Counted from the stretch's first letter, positions 13,956 to 26,375 are shown. The stretch is DNA of 64,000 nt from Balanoglossus misakiensis (GCA_040954595.2 CM082584.2:5646110-5710109); one strand, 5' to 3'. Made by a program: numbers and translations. Notes: generated from the letters alone by a model not told the origin.

Positions 13956-14162
13956 GGCGGCCCCTTACCGTATAACAAATTTGAATATGCAGTAGCCTGG
14001 CTGAGCAGAGAGATCTTGGCCATCCTGGCGTTCATAGACGCCGTTCTGGATCCCAACATCAAGTGGAGGACCGGCACATTCCGGCTGAAATGGGGAGGAG
14101 AGGTGGTAGAGGTCAAGAAGGAACCAGAGTTTTCCAAAGGGTCTCATTGTCACATGGTATGA
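13956..14162 (+). CDS. UGCG: UGCG last coding exon
   Basis: ttcAG|GGC. Encodes GGPLPYNKFEYAVAWLSRE...DPNIKWRTGTFRLKWGG...stop, matching the UGCG C-terminus. Confidence 0.95.
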   Translation, partial: GGPLPYNKFEYAVAWLSREILAILAFIDAVLDPNIKWRTGTFRLKWGGEVVEVKKEPEFSKGSHCHMV

Positions 14163-15498
14163 CAAAAGGTACTACAAAACGTTTCCAAATGTTTGATAGT
14201 CCGGACCTTCCCACGCTGTTTCAGGGCCATACTGCCATGTTTTTACAACAGAAGAATACAACACTCCAGCAAGCACAACGACAATTCTCTGATTTGACTA
14301 AAACAATGTATTTTTATGCAATGTGTGTTGAAAAAATGCAGTTGTGTTTAGCTGTTTTGGGTGCGTTTTTCACTACACCAAAACTGACACGGGCTGCAAA
14401 AACAATCTATACATCTTAGTTTTATATTTTGTTAATTATGTCTCATGTATTGTATTGTAAAATAGCAGTGCATTGAATAACTTAGTAATTTAAAGTATGG
14501 AGAGAAAGAGAGAAATTTCACTGGAATGTGTACTTCCCAAAACACCTCTGTCAGATCCAGCCAACTAATTTTTAAGGATGAGATTTTGAAAAAATCTCAT
14601 TCCAAAATGTTCTTAAGAACATAATTGAACCAACCGAGACACTTGGCTGAAAAAGTTGAGGCATTCCTGCCTGTTTGTTTTGAAATGGACGCAGTGAGAG
14701 ATATTCTGATTGACAAAGTCAAAATCAGACCAAATAATTCGAGGAAGAATATGTTTTGAAGGATATGGCTTGGCTTGAACTGATCAATGTATATGCAAGT
14801 CAAGTCAAGTAAGAATCATGGATCAATTTGTAGATTTCATAGATGGATTGAAAATCCTTAGTTTATTCTTGCCACAATGTTGTTCTTTGTCTTGTGTTGT
14901 AATTCTGTGTAAAATGGGATACATGTAAAGGAAAAGGAAAGAGTTTTTTTGATTGAAATGCCTAGCTATGTCAGCTTTTTTCTTGCTTACTACGATAATA
15001 ATGCTTTTGAAATGCCAAATTAACAATCATCATTAAAATTTTCCGAGCTTATTTTTTTAAATCTTCAGAAGTTCAAATTCAGATCAACGTTAAAACTGAA
15101 ATCAATGCGGAGATTTTTAATACAGATTCACCAGACAATATACACATTTAATAATTTTAAAAAGTTGCTCTGCATTTCGATTTTTATAGGACATTTATTT
15201 TACCAATCAGGGTATCAACTGAAAGATATTTGCTGACAGAAAGAGAGTGTTGAAACGAAGACAAGTCATTTTTATGGTGTGAGTCACTAAATTATGTGTC
15301 AGGCAATCATGTAGAGAATGGCTTTTATTGGAATTGGTGTTTATCAAGCAGCTTCTGATTATCTGGCAAAGCATAGGCAAGTCCTAAACTGAGTGTATTC
15401 AATCCATAAAACTAGTATATTTATGATACTCGCCTGGACATGTTTTGTCTCGTTAACATTGAGTATACAAACCATGGTGAGTTGATTTCCAAACCAGT

Positions 15499-15663
15499 TA
15501 TAGTCGAACCTGTCTATAGCGACCAGACAAGGGATTTTTCTAAATTGGCCTTTATAGACAGGTGACCGTTATAGACAGGTCAATTAATGCACATGTTAAT
15601 TGCATAGTGACTGTAACAAAGTGGCCAATATATAGAGGTGGCCACTAACACAGATTTAGCTGT
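15499..15663. mobile_element. pogo/Tc1-mariner-type MITE
   Basis: ta(t/c)agtc.aacctgtc start with internal (t)atagacagg repeats. A truncated copy at 7799-7893 shares agacaggtcaattaatgcaca. Confidence 0.65.
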
Positions 15664-16645
15664 TTTACCCACAGCAAGCGCTCACCTCATGTGGGAGTTT
15701 ACAAAGGCAATAATTATGTTTACAAAGTATATCTTTGTGAATCGCTGTTTATAGTGTATTTTCATGGGGAAAATAGGTCCATTTTATAACTATATTGCAA
15801 CTTTTTGACCAATACCGCTATTGTTCGACATTCTTTTCCAGAAGTTGGAATTTGCCAGTAGTTGAACAGCAAGAGGTAATTAGGTCTTGGTTTCAGCTGT
15901 TAAAAAGTTGAAACAAAATTTGGTATTTCTCAGATGTGATTTTTATCAGAATATTTTATCCTTTTGCCGTTTATGCTTGCTGCTTTTTTGCTGGCGTGCG
16001 AGAGCAGTCTATCTGCTGCAGGAAGCGTACAAATCACCAGCTGTCATGATTTACAACAAATATGGATTCAAATGACCTCATTTTCATCACTGTTTATCGT
16101 TAATTTGTCGGATTTTTACACTACGAAAATGGTTTGATCAAACCTGAGATATTTATTGCTGAAGTTTACCACTTGGTGGCGCTGTTGAATGACCAAACAA
16201 TATTACCAGAGTTTCAATGAAGCCCCTATAACCTGTGTGATATAAAGCAAACCTGTACTGTAGACAGTGAAAATTTGAACATAATGGTGCAATTGCGATT
16301 TTTTTTAAATGTTTAGGAGTAAGACTTCATGTGAACTTGTAATTTTTATCAGGTTTAACTTACTTGAAGATAAAAATTAAAGTATGTTATTGATGAATTT
16401 TAAAAGTTCCCTTTTTCTCAAAAATAGTCAGATTAAAAATGAAGAAAATGTTTGCAGAACAGCTTTTATTATTCCAAATGTCAACGTGTTTTTCAGTTGT
16501 AATTGCCAGGTGTAAATTTTTGCCAACGCGATGACTTCACTGATATGATCTTGCACGACACAGTACAACTTACCTTGCCATGCCTTGCCTTGCATTGCTT
16601 TTATTCTGAAACTTTTAATCATGCACATTTAGCTTGCCTGCACAC

Positions 16646-16778
16646 TGCTTTGTAATGTACAGCTCATTTGCATATGCTTTGTGATATATATCTCATTTGC
16701 ATATGCTTTGCAATGTGCATCTCATTTGCATATGTTTTGTAATGTATAGCTCATTTGCATATGCTTTTTAATGTATAC
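16646..16778. repeat. 29-bp minisatellite, about 4.5 copies, each with ATTTGCAT
   Basis: ctcatttgcatatg occurs at 16663, 16692, 16721 and 16750. Confidence 0.92.
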
Positions 16779-18646
16779 TCTTTGCACAAATTAAGCATCT
16801 GAGATTTTTCTTGCCTACTTTGATCATAGAGCTGAATCAGAAAATTGTTAGCTTTTATTTGTTTTATGTCTCTCACATGCTGAACAGACAAGTCTCCTAG
16901 TGATGGTGTGGGGGAGAGAGATTTCTAGCTAGAAACCTATAGTTTGAAATTGGCTTCTATCTAAAGGGATAGTGCTAGGAAGGAACAAGTTTTTTTACAT
17001 TTCATTTTTTTCCTTCTGTGCCATAATAAAAGATACAAGAAGTTATTTTTAAAAAGAAGAAAGATAATTTATGGGTGTTCCAAATGATTGCCTGGAACTC
17101 CAGGTTGCTATGATAAAAGTTGATCATCTGTGATGAATTTTTCTCCCACATTGCATCTCATTTAAAAGCGCATCAATATTTTCAGGGCGTCTTCCTGTCT
17201 CTGAAGTGGATACGTATGCTTGCCAAATGCTTACAATTATGGAATGTGTGTATGAAATCATTGTATAATGGTGACTGCCGGGGCAGATAGTCTGTGCAGA
17301 CACCGTCATTTCTCAAATGTCAATGGTTTGTGTACAGTGTAATGTTTGATATGAGTAGTGTATTCTGTGATTTTATTGTAAACTTCCTGTCTTATGGATT
17401 TGCATGCACTAAAGATTTACCTTTTAAGAGAAAAACTTGAAATTCTCATTGACAATTGTCACCAAGCTGTACAGTGAAAATACTAGTATGGTGTATGGTG
17501 CATTAATTATCAACATAAAAACAATTTATCAGATACCTCGATTTTCCCTGTGTAAACATTTTTCACCAAACATTTGAAGCAGTTTACCTCAAACTTTCAC
17601 ACCATGACAGTAGTACCACGGATTTCAATTTTAAGAGTTTTAGAGTTCAGGAACATGATATAGCAACAATCTTACGGCAATTGTCAAATGTTTTATTGTA
17701 TGCATATCCTGGAGTAAGACTGTGATGATTTTTTTGTGTTTTTTTAAAGCAATCAACTGTTGTAAAGTAATTTACATATTTGCCTTGGCTCCAGTTGTCT
17801 GTAACATGAATTTCTGCATACAGCAGGCATATGCATGTAGTCATGAGCTGGTACTGTACTCAGTACGAAATCATGACTAGCCATTGTAGTCCAGTGCCTT
17901 TTTTTCTTTCAAATGTACTAGTTTTACAGTGCGGTCATTTGATGTTACCATGACAAGTTACAGCATTTGAAATGTCTGTATGTCCCTCGGTCATTTGCCC
18001 CGATTCCAGTCAACTGTGACTGTGTGAGTGAGGGCATCTGTGAGCGACGCAACGAATACAGGTGAATGACAATGCTGTACAGGATGTTGGTAGATCACCG
18101 ATAATAACTTGCCGTTATTACAACTCTAAATATATTATACACCTGCAACCTTTACATTATGTCGAAAGAAAAATCATGTTTCTAGGATTTCAGCTGTCAT
18201 TAATCAGCTGCATTAAACTTTCATTTGGTATATGTGACTTTCTGATTTTTCCACAATCGTGGGTGGAGTGAGATTTGAAAAAAGAAACTTTCTATAGTCA
18301 GAGTCAAGACAAAAATAATGTCATATAAAGAGTTGGAATTAAGACATTTTATGGTGTACTATTTTGGCAAAGTTAATGTGCTGATGTGAAGCAGTCTCAC
18401 CAAGGTAGCTCTTGATTGGTCAGTGTACAAGAGGTTCATGCTGTGACCTATGACTTTACAAGGTGACCTTACATCAATTAATATTATATGGTGCATTATG
18501 TGGATTTTTACAAATCAGATTTTTAATAGCAAACTATACAATCATGTGCCATCTCTTGATGTTTTCTATGTACGTATGCAAACAATAATCAATTGTAACA
18601 TGTCACTTTGAAATTGATCTGCTGCTTGGCATATTTTTTTCAACAA

Positions 18647-18703
18647 ATTAAAACGCTATATATATACACTTGATTGGTGTATGTTGTATTCTTTTTGTCT
18701 TGT
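18647..18703 (+). terminator. Candidate UGCG poly(A) signal (ATTAAA followed by GU/U-rich element)
   Basis: ATTAAA at 18647-18652, then ttggtgtatgttgtattctttttgtcttgt. Would imply a 3' UTR of about 4.5 kb. Confidence 0.4.
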
Positions 18704-19183
18704 AATATAAGATGGAAACTGCGCAGGCGTGGTCATCAACTAAACAAGGCGTTGGCTGTTTTCCTATTCACTCTTCAAGGCATGTGCACATTGTGGTACC
18801 GCGTACATGTACTATAAAAACAAAAGGAAATACCATACAATCGCTGGTGGCGCTGTTGTTAATAGATGGAGAACAGCCACGAGGTCCCACCACTCGTTAT
18901 AAACATTCGAATTGTGTGTTATTTGCAGGTACGTCTTATAAAACTATTACATTTTCATAAGTGTCATTTGTGGGAGGTTTTATTTGTAAAGAGTGGGTGG
19001 GTATATTATTAACAAGAACACTTCAACCTCCCCTGTGGTAGGTACTTTGCTCTAATGGGACCCTCCTACTAATCTCATCAAAAAATGAAATCTCCAGTGT
19101 TACAGAGTCTGTCACAGGGGTAAATGGTTTGGCTGCGATAAACCAGCACACATCACACACAGTTATGGCACACAGTTACACTG

Positions 19184-19189
19184 TTTATT
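19184..19189 (-). terminator. Candidate poly(A) signal of the dioxygenase gene
   Basis: AATAAA on the minus strand about 470 nt after the stop, followed by GU-rich tgtgtgtgatgtgtgc. Confidence 0.55.
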
Positions 19190-19654
19190 AAAACTTTGCT
19201 TGAAGAGCAATGCTACATAGTAACATGTACTACTAAAACATATTGCAGCCAGCATTGAAAACCACCAGCATTCAGTGTTTATCCACTGATTACAGGTACA
19301 TTAAGATGTCATTGAAAAACTAAGTTCAAATTTGATTTTAAAAAATTCTTCATATTTAAATTATTGCACTGTATTGGAAAAGAAATGCTCCATAACGCTT
19401 CAGAATTGAATTCGTACAGAAATGGCAGCATAACATGGCATGGTGGCACAACATTATGCATGCCACAACACATGGTATTTGCCATGGCACATTGTGGCTC
19501 AAAATGGTCTATGCACACAGCATAGACGAGAAAACGTCACAGAGACTGGGCAGTAATCAAGGACGATATTTCAGGATTTCAAAATGATTATCCGCACAGA
19601 AATGGAGAGTAACAAAATCACCTAGATTTGTTTGTGTTTTGTTTACATGACGTT

Positions 19655-19843
19655 TCAGAGTTCATCCTTCTGAGTGCCTGATGGAAGTGGTACTTCATAC
19701 TTCTTCGTTGGCACCTCCTTGCCAGCAACTGTAATGCGATGTAATACACGTAACCCGACCTCAGCTCTGGAGGTTTGACTATCAGGGGATGCTTCGTGAC
19801 CCACGGCCAGATTATCAGATATGATGAAATCACCAACTTCCCA
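19655..19843 (-). CDS. TauD-family dioxygenase, exon 4 (ends in KDEL)
   Basis: atttcAG|TGG. Encodes WEVGDFIISDNLAVGHEASPDSQTSRAEVGLRVLHRITVAGKEVPTKKYEVPLPSGTQKDEL*, with the W..GD....DN....H third iron ligand and the R...R 2OG-binding motif. Whole spliced CDS is 972 nt (323 aa). Confidence 0.92.
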   Translation of the reverse strand, partial: WEVGDFIISDNLAVGHEASPDSQTSRAEVGLRVLHRITVAGKEVPTKKYEVPLPSGTQKDEL

Positions 19844-20091
19844 CTGAAATCAAAATGTGAAAAATAGGAAAGATTAATTCATAATATAGTCATAAAATCA
19901 AACCATCTTGGCAGACATTTGGAAATACTGGGTAGGCTTCTTGACTTCTTGTGTAAATGGTTTCTAAATTATCAGAGGAATAGAAACTACATATAACATT
20001 GGGGCACCTTCCTAGTCAAAGTAGTCAAAGTTGAATCTCGCTAGTACTGGGGTAGTTCTTCAGTGTTTGAGCTCATTTTCATATTTTAGTA

Positions 20092-20311
20092 TAGACTGTC
20101 TCACAGCCCCTCTCGCTGCCTATGCAGACAACTTATCATCTTGATTGAGTGTGCGCCCTCAATGGCCGAGTGAAGCTTGGCCTGTGAGTCGACGAAACTT
20201 ACTGGCGAGAGGATTTGCTACACAACACCATGCGGTGCAACTCCTAAACGGCTGAGGGCGCATCAGTGTGCTGCATGTTACGTAGCGAACCGCTGGCTGT
20301 GAGAGAGTCTA
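20092..20311. mobile_element. Same MITE family, opposite orientation
   Basis: tagactgtctcacagcc...ggctgtgagagagtcta, with TSD attttagta on both sides. Confidence 0.9.
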
Positions 20312-20390
20312 ATTTTAGTAGGGACAACTTTATTTATACCCACCCACCCTGGTACCAAATGGGAACTAAAAACCAAATTTAACAGCTTAC

Positions 20391-20546
20391 CCTATGTGAA
20401 TACTGTATAGCCTTGTTATTCTTCACAAACTCATGATTGATTTCTTTGAGAAGACCAACAGTTTCTTTCCAATCAGTCATTCTTTCTTGTGGCGTTCCTT
20501 TGTCCCACATGAAAGCATCTGTCATCCCCATATGTATACACAGCGT
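20391..20546 (-). CDS. TauD-family dioxygenase, exon 3 (missed by ORF track)
   Basis: ccttcAG|ACG...AGG|GTaagc, 52 open codons: TLCIHMGMTDAFMWDKGTPQERMTDWKETVGLLKEINHEFVKNNKAIQYSHR. Confidence 0.88.
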
Positions 20547-20588
20547 CTGAAGGGAGATTCACAGACATCAATACATGTATCAGAATAC

Positions 20589-20680
20589 TTACCCATTCAC
20601 CCCTAGTTCCCTCTTTAGAGGTCCAACTTTATCATAGGAAACAATGGGTTTGGACTGAACCATAGTGGTGAAAGGGTTAA
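20589..20680. mobile_element. piggyBac-like MITE, second copy
   Basis: Shares agaggtccaacttta..ata..aaacaatgg...aaccat...aaagggttaa with 7289-7373. Confidence 0.75.
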
Positions 20681-20757
20681 TGGCATGGGATGTTTGATTT
20701 TCATTTTGAATATGACTGAACTCAACGGCCTTTGTGAAAGGTTAATTTCTTCCTTAC

Positions 20758-20897
20758 CTTTTTCCCACTTTCTGGATGGGAATAAATCAATGGATGAATA
20801 ACTCCGCCACGTCTATCACTCACCATCCAGAGTCTTTCCCAGCGATTCCGTTGTGATTCCGGCAATCCCATGATTATTTCATTCAGTGGAGCAAAGA
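20758..20897 (-). CDS. TauD-family dioxygenase, exon 2
   Basis: ttgcAG|TC...AAG|GTaagg. Encodes VFAPLNE...VIHPLIYSHPESGKK (the TauD HPlv..HPetG motif). Confidence 0.9.
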
Positions 20898-21662
20898 CTG
20901 CAATCAATCATATGGACAGAAAAGTTTGTTTGTTTGTTTGTTTGTTTGCAAGTCATTTAAGTGCTATTCAGCATACTGTTTGACATTGAACTGATGGGTA
21001 TTGGGACTACATTTCTTGTTTGTGTAACAGATAGTTATTTCCATCATATACATAGAAATGGATGAAACACAGAATTTGCATTAACAATGGAATAAACATC
21101 ACTGCATCCTGACAATTTTTTTTTATTTCAGTGCACTGACAGACTGCCAGGCAAATTATTACTTCAGCATCCAATGTGCACTGGTCTACATTGTCATTTA
21201 TTCCGAAGCAAGTCTGCAATAATTACGTGTGCGATATTGAGTGTGACTTGTACCAAAGGATGAGTCAGCATATTGCAGGCAACAACGTATACGATATAGC
21301 CAATTTACCCCATTCACGTGCCCCATTGTAATGTTGTTACTAAGCAACTGATTCCCCTCACAGCTGGAAGCCAGAATTACACTCGATGAAATTTAACTGT
21401 CTAAACTGCATAGCTGTAAACTTGCCAATGTTTTGATTATCAAAATACCGTTGCTTTTACTTGTGCCACATAACTGACCCGAAAATCAAACAATTAGGAC
21501 AATGACCTGATCATAAAATGATAAGGTCATGAACTGCGTCTGAGGTCAAGCAAGCCAGCTGGCTGTTACGCAACCTTTACATTAGCATGGTAATAAAAAA
21601 ATTCACTCGATTTACGTTCATTGGGCAATGATCTTGAACGGTAACCACGGTAACGCACCTAC

Positions 21663-22149
21663 CTGTGTCCCCTTTGGTCGGGACGTGGAACATGTGGTAA
21701 ACAGAGTAACTGTAGGGCTTGGCAAAGAAAGTGCCGTCAATGTGCCAACCGGTACGTCCCACATTGGTGCAGCCTTCGTTCTCGTCATTCGACACTCTAA
21801 AGATGTCCGTCGACGGAGACTTGGGGTGTTTGTAAAACGCCGACGATTCCACCTCACCAAACCATTTACTGATCTCAATGTGTCTCTCCGGAGCTAACCC
21901 GTGCTGGTCTTTGAAAACCAAAACACGATGTTCGGTGACATCCTTCTTGATTTGAGCGACGATTTCCTCGGACACGCTTTTCGTGAGATCGATTCCCCGT
22001 ACTTCGCAGCCGAGTTTGACGGGCTTCAGCTGATAGTGACCGTGCGAGGAAGCCATCGTCACCGATGATCGCGGCAAAGTGACGAAATTCAGCAACGTCA
22101 GTCGCCAAGTCAAGTGCTGCAACCAACGCGGAAGTAGGACCCGAGCCAT
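21663..22149 (-). CDS. TauD/TfdA-family Fe(II)/2OG dioxygenase, exon 1
   Basis: ATG at 22149 (second in-frame ATG at 22056). LGCEVRGIDL and VLVFKDQ are TauD N-terminal motifs. WHIDGT supplies the HxD iron ligands. Ends GDT G|GTagg. Confidence 0.9.
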
Positions 22150-25100
22150 GTACACATTGCAAACGTGTGATGGTGCACGTATTACCCATAATGCAACACG
22201 CGGAAAAACCTTCTACCTGGACGCAGAACAAAAAAAAAAAATGTGAAGTTTCTCTATTAATAGTGGCATCCATGTGGAAGAAGGCCACACGTATGCTTTG
22301 CAAAAAAATGAAGACAAAGACCGTATTTTTAGTCATTTGAATTATCCCCTATTCCATTTGTTTACTTACTACTATATACGAGATAACCAGCTACTCGGCT
22401 AGGTTAAGCTTAGATTTCGCACTGGTTTCTCAAAAGCATCGAAAAATTAAATGCCACTGATGAATTTTATAACGAATTTTGACATTGGATTGGCCATATT
22501 GTCTATCTCTATAAAGTATCTGCAAATTGATAAATTAACACACACTCTAAGAAATGCGCATCTTCGTCTTATTCATAAAAAAGGACGAAGAGATGTCATA
22601 GAAAATCACATGAAAGTGTTATCTTTTGTCTACGTGTCTGGATTGGATAACTCTCTATTTTACCAATATCTGAGCAGAAATATAGAAAAACATATATCTT
22701 TGACTTTGTTCCCATCACCAAAATCGCAACCTACAATGAGACGAAGACTAACAGGCCTAAATACAGCAGACATATGTCTTTGCTTTGACGGTCATGTCAG
22801 TAGAGAGCTAGAATGCGAATGACTTTAAGTGACGCTGTGACAGGTATTAAACCGGTGCCGCACCCATTTAATCAGCCACCATACAAAGATTGCATATAGC
22901 TATCGTGGTTTACGTCGCCAAGAGATGACAAACTGATGCAATTTAATACATATGTGAGGATTTTAAAGGATATGGAATAGATTTGAAGTATTTTATTGTG
23001 GATACGGTGAAATTTGGCAGCTGTAGAGGTTTTAACATGCGCACCTAGCAATTTTGTCCAATCCTTTTAGTTGTTATATAGCCAAGAATGAGTGTGAATG
23101 AAGGCATTATGTATTGTCATAAAACGTGTCTTCGTGTAAGGCTTGCTTTCAGTTATAATAAAAAAAACTCAACTGCCCGGTGCCTATAATGGTTAATCGG
23201 TTGGAACTGTTCTCGTGTTTATTACACTGAAAGATCTCGCCGTTTCACGACCACGCACTCATAAAGTGACCGAAACAACTGTCAGGGTTCTTTCAAAACT
23301 CTGGTGTCGATGTAAATCATGTCATCTGTACCGAGTCGTGTTTATTTACGGCTGGTGGTGAAGATGTCCCCGCAAACCAGAATTCTTACAAATTTGGCGA
23401 GAGTGGTTGACGAAGAACACTTAGCGCCCCGCAGATAAAGCGCAGCGAAGTTAGGGTTTCACATAAAGTGGAGGTGACGATATTGTTGATTGTATACACA
23501 TCCTTCACTTCTGCAAGCTATTTTGCTCACTACAACAGATAAACTCGCGTGACAGGCTAGGAGCTTTCTTCTCGCCAATTCAAATCTAACCAAGCGGAAT
23601 CCAAAGGAAGACACATGAGGTTAGGGTCGCCAGATCACATCATTAACCTTTGTCCTTGCGGAATTGTAGGTGTGAATAGAGCTTATATCGAATGGAGTCG
23701 CGTCTAGATAAAAAATAACCACTTGGACGAAGGCAATGATGAATGAATGAACGCCGGAGACGGTTGATTTGCTCAGTATTGTGGACAAACATTTAATTAA
23801 ATGAAATGGACTAATGATCATGATCATTTATCTATGTCATTGCATTGTGTCTTAAGCTTTGTCGCAAGTTGTGTGTGTAGTCAAGTCATAAACACATCAC
23901 ATCTCTATACTGAGGGAGCTTTCAGATATAATAAGGGGGTGGGCCGGAGGATTCGGGAGAGGGGTAACATTTTACAAACCTGTCCCATGCAGAGGGGAGG
24001 TAACATTTTTTAAGCATATCCTTTAGATGAGAACCACAAAGGCCTGACCCCATTTTAATTAAAACACAAATATTTCTTTTAACATTTATTTAATCATAAT
24101 GGCACATCTTTCTGGAAATATACACACCTGAAATCATGCGAATTTTCGAGTCACGTATGGTCCGTTGAGAAATAGTTTACAGCTATTTGAAGCCCGCCCT
24201 ATATGAACTGAGAGCGTACCTCTATCAACATTTTCCGTACACCTTTGGTTAGAGTCATATGGACTACAAGGAAGGTCAAATTTGGACACCCGAAATTCAC
24301 GTGAACCGACAAACTCCAAATTCCCCGCCCCTCAAGTAAAAACTGAAAGCTCCCTAAAGTGTCATGAGTTTTTGGCCGACTGCAGACGACAACCACAGCT
24401 AATTCCGACCAGCAGCGGACTTGTATGGAAGCCTTTGGCGATTTCGACAGGTTCAAGATGATCGATTGAAACCTTACATACGTCGTCTTCTAGCGGAGTT
24501 CGCTACTTTTTTGTTGAAATCTGCATAAGCGTGTACTTCAACTGTACTTCAACCGACATGCCGCATGAAAGGGTAAGGTAAACACTGAGGCCACCAGCCC
24601 GTTACCGAGATTACGTATACACATGTACACATTTATGGTTCCGTGTCATACGTGGATGGAAATTCTCACCAGTTATTAAATTTGTCACAGAGACTGCTGA
24701 AATTACATACCGTCTATTACTATACTGAGACTGTATGTTGGTACTGGCAGTAGTATAGACCGCAGTTTAATAATCGTCCATTCATGACACATGATGGTTG
24801 CATAAGCTTGTACACGTGGTAGTGATTTCAGAAGAGCTTGGTAAAACAGTTTTCCACTGTGAAACAGATTGTATTTTACATATGTAGGCGACGATTACAA
24901 GTATTTGTGTTTTATTTGTGAAAGAATTAAGACAAAGTCATGAATGTAAAATTGAAATGTTGTCATTTTCCACCATCGTGACGCCAATTTCACCCATTTG
25001 CAATTAGCCGAGGACATCGCGATGACCAGAGCTTAGTTAACCATGGCCACGCAGATGAAAATTTGACGCCAAAACTAACCATTCTGTGAAGTACCAGAGA

Positions 25101-25952
25101 ACAACCGCCGTCTCGCTCTAAATACAACGATTTCAGCGTTGCAAGCGAAAGTCTCAACGAAAGCTTTGTCCCTTTTGCACATTTGTCAGAGCAAAGTACG
25201 ACACCTAGTTATTTTCCCGCCGACGAGCAATTTATCAGTGACAGCCAATGTGAACGTTTCGGTCGTTTGTCGCGTCGAGTCGCGTCTTGTATTTGGTCGC
25301 CGTTCAAGCAAATCGGATGCATGCATTGTTTCAAAAGGCCATAACCCAACTATAGACCCATACTATACATATTAACTTTTAATAATCACAGTCACGGTGA
25401 TGACTTTGCAAAATCCCTACAATCGCGTCTGCTCGTCCCCAATATTTTTCGGGACGCAGTCGACATGTCCATGGTTACTCATTTGATGACGATTTGTCAA
25501 CGTCCCAACGTCGCAATTCAATTCAATTCAGTTCTATACAAGTATTCTTCTATTGATTCGTTTTTCATCAGAATAGATTGTTTATGAAGAAAAGGTGTCT
25601 GTCGCGTCATTGTCGGGACGTTTCGCGAGACAGATATCTTCTAGAGGACTTTTTGTGAGGAAATCTGGTCGTCGTCTTTACAAACTTCAACTTAGTGTTC
25701 CGAAATGTCAAAGGTTGACTTTTGTTATCATTGTATTGCCATGTGGCTATTGTTGCTCATTTTGTGGGTATTTGTTCAATTTTCATCTGTGTATATGTGT
25801 TTTGGTGCATGTTTTGGATATTTAAAAAGTTATTATTTTATTTTACTTTAGCCCCGCCCTGGAAATCAGTCTATATGACTGTGAGAGCTAAGCAGTGCAA
25901 ATAAATGTATACATAAATTCACATTTTTTTTCTTGTTTTTTTCCTTTTTAAG

Positions 25953-26037
25953 ATGACCAGATTTTCGGTCAACCTGGCGGCTTTGTTATGTCAGATATTA
26001 TATTTATGGATAGGCTGTGTTGAACCTCTTGATGTGG
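25953..26037 (+). CDS. Type I membrane protein A, signal-peptide exon
   Basis: Polypyrimidine tract, aAG|ATG. Encodes MTRFSVNLAALLCQILYLWIGCVEPLDV, then a phase-1 donor G|GTaagt. Confidence 0.75.
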
Positions 26038-26375
26038 GTAAGTCGGTTCTATACTTATACCGCCAAACAGTCTCACAATATTCAACCCCTTTTGAGATAG
26101 TTCCTCTTATTATTACTTGTAGATTGTCGCATATACATGTAGTATTAAACGTGCCACACTTCATCTTGTACTTTCTACGTCAAAAGTAAGGTTTCATGCT
26201 GTCTTGTGAATTTAAAATAAAGAAAGAAAAAAAGTTAACGTTCTCATGATCGACACGTTCGCACCCTTAAAGTGTACAGATAATATATAAGATGGCCAAT
26301 TCAAAGTAGTTTGAAAAAGTTCCTCAGTTTAACAATCGCCACCCACCCGTCACCTTGGAAACAAAGGAGGAAGTT

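Noticed and set aside
21577-22155. Bacterial contaminant tauD gene
   Set aside because: The ORF is exon 1 of a four-exon spliceosomal gene whose introns contain host MITEs.
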